This document shows, piece by piece, positions 30,301 to 38,230 of a DNA stretch of 64,000 bases. Under the pieces are notes generated by a model, which was given only the letters and a program-made list of their open reading frames with translations, searched no databases and was not told the DNA's origin. This stretch comes from Sandaracinaceae bacterium (lineage in GTDB: Bacteria; Myxococcota_A; Polyangia; Polyangiales; Sandaracinaceae), in the NCBI GenBank assembly GCA_044220955.1, contig JBGAQA010000030.1:1-64000 (forward strand), given 5' to 3'. The translations under genes were made by a program, and so were the position numbers. Every line of letters begins with the position of its first letter. Position 1 is the first letter of the stretch.

Positions 30301-30363
30301 GACGCCAGCCGGCGCCAGCTCTGCGAGCTCGGGTACCTGAGCGGAGACGAGTGCCACCGCTGA
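27319..30363 (+). CDS. Fusion of LPG-synthase-TM (flippase-like) domain, membrane region and sulfatase/alkaline-phosphatase-superfamily domain
   Basis: PVSINGIGLRE in the N-terminal half; VDTLRADH, SWTRPSFASIMTG, DPHDPY, YDGEI, ADHGE and HVPL in the C-terminal half; ends LCELGYL. Confidence 0.85.
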   Translation: MSSATMSDELSNPIAGPSSEPPPARRAAGGGGARRWVLFGIKLFVSVAILAGIARSIASQQGLASFGDAILHLGWGWVAAALGVHLVGVALNVVRYREVLRGQGIHASWRFLVGSFLVGRFFGALSPAGFTGLAGWRIYEVGTHSGKFARATAAITIDTIVGQLGFGAMVMIGSLFGARIIGVNGVLLVNAACIAIMASVVLVLAQPRLFAVIAARLPAKVRLRGQTFVDALQAYRGQTSILLVTLLCAVGVHAAHFFVYVCTAQALGASQIGPGEVFFGSSLQILATMAPVSINGIGLREMTAVALYTSPAIGVPMAIAVLIPSIGFAVEMSVSILGAPIWLARRSGYAPGIVVDAPEREQPAIAAIPVAPESAWPNVRRGAELGLGAGMLAGLVIGVVEGAVVVAGAEGRAGPWVMAYGAIAYAAFCGVVAAGIGATLAWSGRKMRREAAPEADAWARTSAGLVAAIGFGLTVFRVRRDVFHEEAGWLSPRMLASELGCALAYGLVALALAAVLVRIARRARFVLRPLGTPAVVIAALGVLVPTTLAVGEPSTNDPRVVHAAAAPEGAGNVIVIVVDTLRADHLPSYGYAAGRTPNLDAFAADSIRFEQAFSNASWTRPSFASIMTGRYPSSHAVMAKSESLPDAVTTMAEAFAAGGYATHGIVTNYNVGPYFNFQQGFDAYEYLSPDFVLGADDTAAKLLLVQFLRQRIETVRDAALGVQPGTAYQDASIVNEHVLSFLDRRPNDRPWMLFVGYMDPHDPYFRHPYDGTAYGRAAHPAPSPDETEMLTELYDGEITFWDEQFGALVQELQRRGIYDDATIVVTADHGEELCEHGGFWHGTTLYDEQIHVPLFVRLPRGRRAGTTVRHWVQSIDILPTLLSESHVAVPEGVQGGSLFEGSDHLFAEESHEGNVLEAVRERRGTDELKLITANPGNPRHLAEHELYRVDLDAAEQQDLAPTEPGLVESLAAATTAAHVRASEGAVEGQQVELDDASRRQLCELGYLSGDECHR

Positions 30364-30483
30364 GCGCAGGCACGGAAACAAGCCCATAGCGCGCCGCGTC
30401 AGGGCCCGATCCGAGAGATCTCGGAAACTCGGGCCATCCGAGGTACCATCCGAGGCAGCCATCCCCGCTGCACGGAGGCCTCG

Positions 30484-32868
30484 ATGGGTGAACGCAGTCT
30501 GTTCGGGCGCGCACGAGCGCTCTTGGTCGTGTTGAGCGCTTTCGGTGCCCTGAGCGCAGGCTGCGCGGACGGGAACACCACGACCGGTGGTCATCGCGAC
30601 ACGGGGACCGGCGAGGCCGGCACGATGGACGCCGGGGTGCCGGACACCGGTCCGCGCGACTCGGGCGCGCTCGACTCGGGCGCCGTCGACGCGAACAACC
30701 ACGACGCCGGGGCCGACACGGGCCCGCACACGATCGTGGGCACGTGCGAGGCGTGCACGACGGACGCGGACTGCGACCCGATGTCGTTCTGCGCTCGCCT
30801 CGTGACCGGCGAGCACGCGTGCTTGCCCGGCTGCGACAGCGAGCTGCCCGTCTGCCCGCGCGCCTTCACGTGCATCTTCGACGCGACGGGCACGGGCGTA
30901 CACGCCAACGTCTGCGCGCCGGTCGGCGGACCCTGCTGCGTGGACGAGGACGCGGACACGTACGGCGTCGGCGTCGGGTGCATGGGTCCGGACTGCAACG
31001 ACTCGCTCGTCAGCGTGCACCCGGGCCGCGACGAGATCTGCGACGGCATCGACACCAACTGCAACGCGCACGTCGACGAGGATCCGAACGACTGCATGAC
31101 CGGGCGCTGCTCGGCCGACGGCGACGGGACGTACTCGGCCATCGCCGGCGCGACCTGCCGGCTCGCGGCGTGCACCTCGGGGACCAACACCGACTGCGGC
31201 CTCTACACGTGCCACGACGGCGCCGCGATGGGCACGACCTGCGCGACGCAGTGCTTGAGCGCCGCCGGGACCGACGACGACCTGTACTGCATCGTCAGCG
31301 CGCACTGCGACACGGGCGCTTGCGTGGCCGACGTGCCGAGCGGCGGCGTCTGCGACGAGGACAGCGACTGCTCCTCGACCCACTGCGACAACGGGTTCTG
31401 CTGCGGCTCGGGGACCTGCTGCGCCACGGACGCGAACTGCCCCGGCGGCGGATCGCCGACGCGCATCTGCGACGACCCGACGAACTGCCAGGGTCACCGC
31501 GGCGTCGTCACCTGCCAGAGCAACTCCTGCACGGCGATGAGCGGCATCAACGACGACACGGCCTGCGACGCGTCGGTCACGGCGCGTGACTGCGGCACCT
31601 ACAACCCCATCGTCTGCACCGGCGCGGATCCGCAGACGTCGCGCGCCTGCCCGACGAGCTGCGTCAGCGACGCGGACTGCGTGGCCGCGGCGCACTGCGC
31701 GGTCGGCTTCTGCATCCCCGATCTCCCGCAGGGCGGGCCCTGCGGCCGCAACGCGGACTGCCAGACGGGCCTCTCGTGCGTGGACAGCACGTGCTGCTCG
31801 AGCGCGTGCACGGGCGCGTGCATGGCGTGCAACGTCGCCGGCAGCGAGGGCACCTGCTCCGCCATCGCGGCCGGAAGCGATCCCGCTGGCGAGTGCCCCG
31901 GCTTCGCGTGCGACAACTACTACACGGGCTTCGGCGCCGGGAGCGACGTCTGCCGCTCCCGCGCCCCGGTCAGCGACTCGGCGGCGGCGTGTGACGGCGC
32001 GGGCGCGTGCCGCACGGCGGCGGTGATGTGCCCCGCCCAGCTGCCGGGCACCACGCAGATCGACTGCAACGACACCTGCATGACGCCGCGATCGGGGACG
32101 TGCACCGGCAACACGGCCGGCGTCTGCGACAACCTCGACGGGACGGCCGGGACGCGCAGCTGCGGCTCCGGCGCGTGCACGACGACGGTTCAGGCATGCG
32201 TGATGGGCCTTCCGCAGACCTGCATGGCCCCCATGGGCGGTCCCGAGAGCTGCAACGGCGTCGACGACAACTGCAACGGCACGGTGGACGACGGCGGCGC
32301 CGCGCTCTGCGGCGCGGTCCCCCACGTCGACACCCAGTCCTGCAACGGCTTCAGCGGGTGCGGCATCGCGATGTGCAGCACCGGCTGGGCCAACTACGAT
32401 GGGAGCACGGGCAACGGCTGCGAGTGCGACCTCGCCGGCGCGGGCGCCACCTGTGCAGTTGCGCGCAACCTCGGGTCGGTCACGGCGGGCATGACGATGT
32501 CCCAGACGGTGAACATCGGTCCCGGCGCCAGCTCGGCCTGGTTCCAGGTCGCCTTCCCTGCGGACGCCGCTCCGGCCCCGCGCGGCGGGACGCCGACGAT
32601 CTCGGTCACGCCGTCCGCGAACTTCCACATCTTCGTGTGGAGCAACTGCTCCGCCGGGACGTACGCCTGCAACGCCCCGGGCGACCCGGCGAACTCGGGC
32701 ACGGGCTCGTTCTCGACCTACCAGATGGCCGATACCGTCGCGAACGGACCGACGGGATACACGTCCGCGATGTCGTCGTGGCCCGCGACGGTCTACATCC
32801 AGGTCGTGCGCAACACGCCGGCGACCACCTGCGCGAACGCCACGTTCTCTCTCACCGTCTCGCGCTGA
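30484..32868 (+). CDS. Large Cys-rich lipoprotein with putative metal-binding (MopE-like) motifs
   Basis: Lipobox LSAGC; DCND...HPG..EICDGIDTNCN..VDE and ESCNGVDDNCNGTVDD motifs. Confidence 0.85.
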   Translation: MGERSLFGRARALLVVLSAFGALSAGCADGNTTTGGHRDTGTGEAGTMDAGVPDTGPRDSGALDSGAVDANNHDAGADTGPHTIVGTCEACTTDADCDPMSFCARLVTGEHACLPGCDSELPVCPRAFTCIFDATGTGVHANVCAPVGGPCCVDEDADTYGVGVGCMGPDCNDSLVSVHPGRDEICDGIDTNCNAHVDEDPNDCMTGRCSADGDGTYSAIAGATCRLAACTSGTNTDCGLYTCHDGAAMGTTCATQCLSAAGTDDDLYCIVSAHCDTGACVADVPSGGVCDEDSDCSSTHCDNGFCCGSGTCCATDANCPGGGSPTRICDDPTNCQGHRGVVTCQSNSCTAMSGINDDTACDASVTARDCGTYNPIVCTGADPQTSRACPTSCVSDADCVAAAHCAVGFCIPDLPQGGPCGRNADCQTGLSCVDSTCCSSACTGACMACNVAGSEGTCSAIAAGSDPAGECPGFACDNYYTGFGAGSDVCRSRAPVSDSAAACDGAGACRTAAVMCPAQLPGTTQIDCNDTCMTPRSGTCTGNTAGVCDNLDGTAGTRSCGSGACTTTVQACVMGLPQTCMAPMGGPESCNGVDDNCNGTVDDGGAALCGAVPHVDTQSCNGFSGCGIAMCSTGWANYDGSTGNGCECDLAGAGATCAVARNLGSVTAGMTMSQTVNIGPGASSAWFQVAFPADAAPAPRGGTPTISVTPSANFHIFVWSNCSAGTYACNAPGDPANSGTGSFSTYQMADTVANGPTGYTSAMSSWPATVYIQVVRNTPATTCANATFSLTVSR

Positions 32869-32882
32869 CGCGGCGCCGACCT
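32838..32882 (+). repeat. Direct repeat copy 1 (partner 37803-37846), overlapping the 3' end of the Cys-rich gene
   Basis: 27 bp identical core CGCCACGTTCTCTCTCACCGTCTCGCG, continuing to CGCGGCGCCGACCT with one substitution and one indel. Confidence 0.9.
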
Positions 32883-32902
32883 GCGTTTCCGGCGCGAGCT
32901 GC

Positions 32903-32982
32903 TCGGCGAGCGTGTCCTCGACGCCGCACAGCGCGTTGGCGCGCCCGAGGGCAGCCGCTGCCGCGGCGTCTGCGCCTGCTCC
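32903..32982 (+). pseudogene. Inverted 80 bp fragment of the ferredoxin gene (matches 38098-38177)
   Basis: 78/80 identity to the reverse complement by manual alignment; encodes GERVLDAAQRVGAPEGSRCRGVCACS. Confidence 0.85.
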
Positions 32983-33203
32983 GGTGCGATCTCGGCGCTG
33001 GGGTGGGTGTACGCGAGCCAGATCGCGACCGACTCGAGCGCAACCGCCGCCCGGAGCTCTCTCGTCGACACCTCGCGGCAGGCGTTCTCGGCGCGCGACT
33101 GGCGCACGCGGCGCACCGACGCTGGCGATCCGGACACCACGGTCTCCGAGCGCTCTCGACACGACTCACGGCGTCGGGTAGCTACGCGCGCAGGAGGGTG
33201 CAC

Positions 33204-33665
33204 ATGGTCAGACCGTCGTGGATCTCGGGGCTCGCGCTCGTGCTCGGAGGGTGCTGTTTCGGGGGCTCCGTTCCGCCTCCGATGGAGACGATGACCGTGT
33301 GCACCGAGCCCGACTCGGACGGCGTCTGCCCGCAGCCTCTCGCGATCGGTGGCATGTCGCCCGACACGGCGCTCCCGATGACGACGGGCGCCATCTCGAT
33401 GTACGCCTCGATCCGAATGCAGACGGTCGAGCCGGGCCTGTCGATCGGCGTGAGCCAGTACCCGCCCGACGATCGCAACGCGCTGCCGACATGGACCGGC
33501 GACGTGGAGGCGCCCTGCACGGCGGGCCCGTGGGGCGACGCGTCCGGGCTGGTGGCGGTCCACCTGCCGATGCCACCGACCGGCTGGACGAGTGGGCTCT
33601 ACGTCGTCGGGCTCTACCGGAACCACACCACCACGGGTCACAGCCTGTGGTTCCGCGTGCCGTGA
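33204..33665 (+). CDS. Hypothetical small lipoprotein
   Basis: GGAGG RBS; signal MVRPSWISGLALVLGGCC. Confidence 0.65.
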   Translation: MVRPSWISGLALVLGGCCFGGSVPPPMETMTVCTEPDSDGVCPQPLAIGGMSPDTALPMTTGAISMYASIRMQTVEPGLSIGVSQYPPDDRNALPTWTGDVEAPCTAGPWGDASGLVAVHLPMPPTGWTSGLYVVGLYRNHTTTGHSLWFRVP

Positions 33666-33712
33666 TGGTCGACACGCCGGCGGCCGGTCGGTAGCGCAGA
33701 TCGGAGTGGCGA

Positions 33713-33757
33713 AGCGCGCGGTCCGGGTTTGGGCCGCGCGCTCGAGGCGATGAGGTC
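33713..33757 (+). pseudogene. Inverted 45 bp fragment of the ferredoxin gene 3' end (matches 37842-37886)
   Basis: 43/45 identity to the reverse complement, including the stop codon. Confidence 0.8.
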
Positions 33758-34268
33758 AGTGAAGGACCTGCGTCGGGAACGTGCCCGGCGTGGCCGTGAA
33801 GCCGATCGTGTACGAGCTGAGCGTCGAGTCCGAGCTGTACGCGCCGACGTACACCGCGTAGTCGCCTGGCGCCGCGTTGGCGATGTCCACGACGGGGTTC
33901 AGGCTGTTGCCCGGGTCGCCCGAGTCGTCGTTGCAGTAGAACGTGCCCGTCGGCCCGCGCACGACGAGCGTGCTGTCCTGCGTGCCGCTGACGAGCACAC
34001 GAAGCAACGGGATCGCGGCCCCGACGTGCACGGTGTGCTGCGCGGTGAGCGGGACGTTGCCGAGGCAGGGGTTGCCGTTGGCGTCGCTCGCCGCGAGCGC
34101 GCTCGCCTGCTGCACACCGCCGGCCAGGCCCGTGGCCGTGGTCGGATCGGGCGTGAACCCCGGGCCCGCGATTTGGATGGGAGCCGGAGCCGAGCCGCCA
34201 CCACCCATGCAGCATCCGCTGACCGAGAGCGCGAGCACCATCACCGCGAGAGAGATTCCCTTGATCAC
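33756..34268 (-). CDS. Small lipoprotein with PPC-like beta-sandwich domain
   Basis: Signal ending VSGCC; GFTPDP, DSTLVVRGPTG.FYCNDD and GDYAVYVG motifs. Confidence 0.75.
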   Translation of the reverse strand: MIKGISLAVMVLALSVSGCCMGGGGSAPAPIQIAGPGFTPDPTTATGLAGGVQQASALAASDANGNPCLGNVPLTAQHTVHVGAAIPLLRVLVSGTQDSTLVVRGPTGTFYCNDDSGDPGNSLNPVVDIANAAPGDYAVYVGAYSSDSTLSSYTIGFTATPGTFPTQVLH

Positions 34269-34390
34269 TCGTTCCTCCGTATCGTTCGCCGCGAGCGCCC
34301 TCGGCTCGTCCGGCTACGCTGCCGTGTGTAGCCCTCTTCCATTCTGGTGCCAGCAACCGCTGACGCGAGCGCGCTCGCTCTTGCGGAAGA

Positions 34391-35176
34391 TCAACCGACC
34401 CTGACGCCCGCGTGGAGGATCGACTGGAAGCGATCGGTGACCATCGTGAGGAACGGTCGTGCGTCCTCGAGCCCGAGCGCGCGAAGACGATCGGCCATCA
34501 CGTGCTTGGAGCCACCCACGTGGAGTCGGACCGAGCCCGACGCTCTCACCCTCACAGCTCCGCGCACGTCGATGTGCGTGCGGAGCAACACGCCATGGAG
34601 ATGCGTGTAGGTCACGAGCGAGAGCGGCGGCGCTGGCACGCCCCGTCCGAGGCGGCCCCGGAGCCGGCAGATGTCTCCGGCGCCGCCCGGATCCTCGACT
34701 CCGAGGTCGACCTCTCGACCCTCGAGGCGGAACGAGATGGGCGTGACGAATTTCGGGTAGCCCCAGATCTCTCGGCCTGCGGCGTGGGCCACGGCCGTCG
34801 TCACCGGAAGATCGACGACGTAGACTCCGAGCGCCCGTGCGGCGGGACTGCGCAGGACATCGGCGAACGCGATCGAAGTGGTGGGCTCCCCCTCACGCAC
34901 GCAGAAGATCGCCGTGCCAACCTCGTTGTACACACCCACGGTGGTCCGCCGGTACTCGTAGAACGAGAGCCCGACGACGGCGTGCTTCCGCCCCGCCGTC
35001 ACCGGCTCGAGGCCGGTACCCGCGAGCACGTCCCGGGCCTTGGCGATCGGGACGGCGAAGAGGCCCACGACGTTGCGCACGTCGTAGTAGAGGATCGGCA
35101 GCGTGACGGGCCCCTCCGAGGTCGCGCACGTCGTGCGCGGTACGTCGAAGAAGCGGCTCGCGGTGAACGATCTCAT
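34391..35176 (-). CDS. Acetoacetate decarboxylase family protein
   Basis: FYEYR.T.VG.YNE, YVVDLPVTT and AGREIWGYPK (Schiff-base Lys motif). Confidence 0.82.
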   Translation of the reverse strand: MRSFTASRFFDVPRTTCATSEGPVTLPILYYDVRNVVGLFAVPIAKARDVLAGTGLEPVTAGRKHAVVGLSFYEYRRTTVGVYNEVGTAIFCVREGEPTTSIAFADVLRSPAARALGVYVVDLPVTTAVAHAAGREIWGYPKFVTPISFRLEGREVDLGVEDPGGAGDICRLRGRLGRGVPAPPLSLVTYTHLHGVLLRTHIDVRGAVRVRASGSVRLHVGGSKHVMADRLRALGLEDARPFLTMVTDRFQSILHAGVRVG

Positions 35177-37770
35177 GGGGTCCTCTCCTCGGAGCGCGCG
35201 GCGATCGTGAGGAGCAGCCGTTCCTGCATGTCTTCCACGACGGCGAGCCGGTTGATCTGGTTGGTGCCCTCGAAGATCTGCGTCAGGCGCGCGTCGCGGT
35301 AGATCTTCTCGACGCGCTCGTGATGCAGCGGTGCGTGATTGCCGAGCAGGTCCATCGCGCGCGTGCATACCGCGAGCGCGATGTCCGTACACCGGAACTT
35401 CGCGGCGGAGGCCTCGCGCTGCAGAGCCTGCGGCCGCCTCGCCGCGGCCCACACGAGGGCGCGTGCGGCGGAGGTGTCGGCGAGCATGTCGGCGATCTCC
35501 AGCTGCACGTCCTGGTAGGCGATGAGCGGCCGGCGACCGAGCTCCACGCGGCAGCAGAAGTCGATGGCCGCCTCGGTCGCCGCGCGCGCGAAGCCGACGC
35601 CCATGGCCGCGACCGGAATGCGCGACATGTTCAGCACCGCGCGGCTGAGCCCCCATCCGTTGCGCAGCCCACCGATCACGTGGTCGTCCGGGACCCACAC
35701 CTCGTCGAGCTCGAGCTCGGCCGCGCCCGAGGCGCGCATCCCCATCTTCAGCTCGGTGCGCACCACGCGAAAGCCAGGCGTGCGCGCAGCAACCCAGAAC
35801 GCCGTCCACGAGGGCATGTCCTCGCCAGCGAGCGCGGCGAAGACGACGACCCCCTCGGCCAGGTCGCCCCCGCTGATGAAGCACTTGCGGCCCGAGAGCC
35901 TCCACCCTCCGCGTGCGCGTGTCGCGATCGTGCCCGGGCGGAGGCGCATCGCGCCGTGCCCCTCCTCGACGTCGGAGCCGGCCATGGGCTCCGTGATCGC
36001 GAACGCGCAGATCTTCGGCTCGCCGCGCGCGCACGAACGAAACAGCGGGAGCACGAAGCGACGCAGCGCTCCGAGATCGCCTGCGAGCAAGAGCGGTGCG
36101 ACCCCGAGGGAGTGCGCAGAGACGAGCAGCATGAGACCACCGTCGACCGCGGCGAGCTCCTCGACCTTGAGCGCAGACGCGAAGTGGAGCGGGTGTCGGA
36201 ACAGACGAGGATCGGCGGAGCCGAAGGGTCTGGGCAGGAGGTCGTCGAGCAGTCCTTCGCGCGCCGCCGCACGCAGCACGCCCATCGCCTCGGGGCCCGG
36301 GGCGCCGGGCGGACCGTGGCCTCGCGCGTCGATGGTGAGGGCGACCGGGGCGAGGTGTCGCTCCGCGAAAGCGCGCGCCTTGCGCCGCACGCGGCCGAGC
36401 GAGGGAGGGAGCGACGCCGTGTCGAGCTCCCAGGGATCGGCGAGCGCGTACTCGGCCATCGCGCGGGCGACACGCGGCAGCCGCGCGAAGGCCGTGCGCG
36501 GCGAGAGCGGACTCGAGGGCGGGACGTGCCCCGGCAGAGAGTCGACGATGAGCTCGCATCGACTCGCCGTGGGCGAGGGAGCAAGCCGCGCATGCCCCGC
36601 TCGGCCGCGAAGGCGATCCCATTCGCCGACGATGAGCTCGAGCTCGCGCGGACTGCCCGCGAGCGCGCGCAGACAGTTCACGTCGCGAACGACCTTCTCG
36701 AGCCCCGTGTCCCTGAGGTAACCGAGCCCTCCGAACACCTGCATTGCGGCGTTGGCCGCGGCCGCGAGCTCGGGCTGCGCGCGAGCACGCAGCCCGAGCG
36801 CGAGCGGACCTTCGGCGAGCGTGAGCACCTGGCCAGAGAGCGCATCGAGCTGCGCGCCCACGCCGCAGATCGTCGCTCGCGCGCGTCCGAGCAGGCCGAG
36901 CACGGCCGCGTGGCGATCGATCACCTTGCCGCCTTGGTGGCGCTCCGACGCGAAGCGACGTGCCTGGTCGTACGCGCGCTGCACCGCGCCGAGCGAGAGC
37001 GCGACGAGCGCCAGCTGATGTGCCAGCAGCGTCTCGCCGACGAGCGTCCGCGCGACGTCGGCGGGCACGGTAGCCATCTTCCCCGGCTCGCGAGGTCGCA
37101 ACTCGACCGTGACGAGCTCGTCGAGGCCGTGCGCGGGGGCGTGGGTCGTGACGCGCAGTTGCTCACGCGCGTGCAGCTGCCACGTGAGCGCGCCATCGCG
37201 CGCGAGGCAGGGCGTGAGGAGCCCCGAGAAGCCGGGGTCGAGCGGCAGAACGCGCGCCGCGTTTTCGGCGAAGGCGTCGGCGAGCAGAGCGCGATCCTCG
37301 TCGTCGAGCGGAGCATCGAGGAGCGCGCCGGCGAGCGCGGAACGACCGAGGCCGTGACTCGCCTCCGGCGCGATCACGAGCGGACCGCCGACGAGGCCGA
37401 CGAGGCTCGCGCGGCGCGCCACGCTCCGCGCGAGCGCGCGCTGGTGCACGACGAGCGCCAGAGCCGTGCTCGAGCGCGAGACACGCGTCAGCACCGCAAG
37501 CGTCGCGCCTGGCCCGCCTCCGCCGAGCCCTTCCCACGGCGCGAGGCCCGTCGGCTCCTCGTCGCTGCCGCAGAGGCCGAGCGACTCCGCCTCGGCGAGG
37601 AGCGCCGCGAGCGCGACGGGACCGATGGGAGCCTCGGGCCGCGCGACCGCTGGGTCTACCGTCCGCGAAAGGAAGCGGTGGACCTCGGCGAGCCATGCGT
37701 CTTGCTCGGGGATGCTCGACACGGAGGTGATGGTGCCGCGTCCCGCGGCCCGCACCGTGCTGCGCGTCAA
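35173..37770 (-). CDS. Tandem (double-module) acyl-CoA dehydrogenase family protein
   Basis: Module 1: RHQGGK and AMQVFGGLGY.RD..LEK..RD. Module 2: FAITEPMAGSD, LSGRKCFIS, KMGMRAS and RDARLTQIFEGTNQI. Confidence 0.85.
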   Translation of the reverse strand: MTRSTVRAAGRGTITSVSSIPEQDAWLAEVHRFLSRTVDPAVARPEAPIGPVALAALLAEAESLGLCGSDEEPTGLAPWEGLGGGGPGATLAVLTRVSRSSTALALVVHQRALARSVARRASLVGLVGGPLVIAPEASHGLGRSALAGALLDAPLDDEDRALLADAFAENAARVLPLDPGFSGLLTPCLARDGALTWQLHAREQLRVTTHAPAHGLDELVTVELRPREPGKMATVPADVARTLVGETLLAHQLALVALSLGAVQRAYDQARRFASERHQGGKVIDRHAAVLGLLGRARATICGVGAQLDALSGQVLTLAEGPLALGLRARAQPELAAAANAAMQVFGGLGYLRDTGLEKVVRDVNCLRALAGSPRELELIVGEWDRLRGRAGHARLAPSPTASRCELIVDSLPGHVPPSSPLSPRTAFARLPRVARAMAEYALADPWELDTASLPPSLGRVRRKARAFAERHLAPVALTIDARGHGPPGAPGPEAMGVLRAAAREGLLDDLLPRPFGSADPRLFRHPLHFASALKVEELAAVDGGLMLLVSAHSLGVAPLLLAGDLGALRRFVLPLFRSCARGEPKICAFAITEPMAGSDVEEGHGAMRLRPGTIATRARGGWRLSGRKCFISGGDLAEGVVVFAALAGEDMPSWTAFWVAARTPGFRVVRTELKMGMRASGAAELELDEVWVPDDHVIGGLRNGWGLSRAVLNMSRIPVAAMGVGFARAATEAAIDFCCRVELGRRPLIAYQDVQLEIADMLADTSAARALVWAAARRPQALQREASAAKFRCTDIALAVCTRAMDLLGNHAPLHHERVEKIYRDARLTQIFEGTNQINRLAVVEDMQERLLLTIAARSEERTP

Positions 37771-37802
37771 TCGACCGTGGCAGGGTTGAACCTTCGCGCG
37801 CC

Positions 37803-37846
37803 CGCCACGTTCTCTCTCACCGTCTCGCGGTGCGCGGCGCCGACCT
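37803..37846 (+). repeat. Direct repeat copy 2 (partner 32838-32882), abutting the ferredoxin stop codon
   Basis: Same 27 bp core and CGCGGCGCCGACCT tail. Confidence 0.9.
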
Positions 37847-38229
37847 CATCGCCTCGAGCGCGCGGCCCAGGCCCGGACCGCGCGCTCGCGCTCGGCGGGC
37901 GAGGCCAGCTCGAGCCAGGCACGGAAGCTCTCCTCCGAGATCTCCACCTCGGCCGTGCCGGCGGCGATCGCGCGCGCCTGGCAGCCGAGGCGGCTCTCCG
38001 GGCGCGGCTCCTCGCACGCGAGCTCGATGACGTCGCGCTCGTCCTCGTGGACGGGGCTCAGGCTCTCCGCTCCGCTCCGCACGTAGACGTGGCACGTGGA
38101 GCAGGCGCAGACGCCGCGGCAGCGGCTGCCCTCGGGCGCGCCGACGCGCTGCGCGGCGTCGAGGACACGCTCGCCGATCGGCAGATCGCACGCGAGGTCG
38201 AGACCGACGAAGACGACGCGCAGGCCCAT
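37846..38229 (-). CDS. 2Fe-2S ferredoxin (adrenodoxin / ISC-Fdx type)
   Basis: CRGVCACSTCHVYV...SRLGCQ; ATG lies 1 bp after the stop of the upstream radical SAM gene. Confidence 0.9.
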   Translation of the reverse strand: MGLRVVFVGLDLACDLPIGERVLDAAQRVGAPEGSRCRGVCACSTCHVYVRSGAESLSPVHEDERDVIELACEEPRPESRLGCQARAIAAGTAEVEISEESFRAWLELASPAERERAVRAWAARSRR

Positions 38230-38230
38230 G

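Noticed and set aside
32883..37802. Calling the repeat-bounded block a prophage, IS or ICE
   Set aside because: No integrase, transposase, phage or conjugation gene is recognisable inside or beside it.
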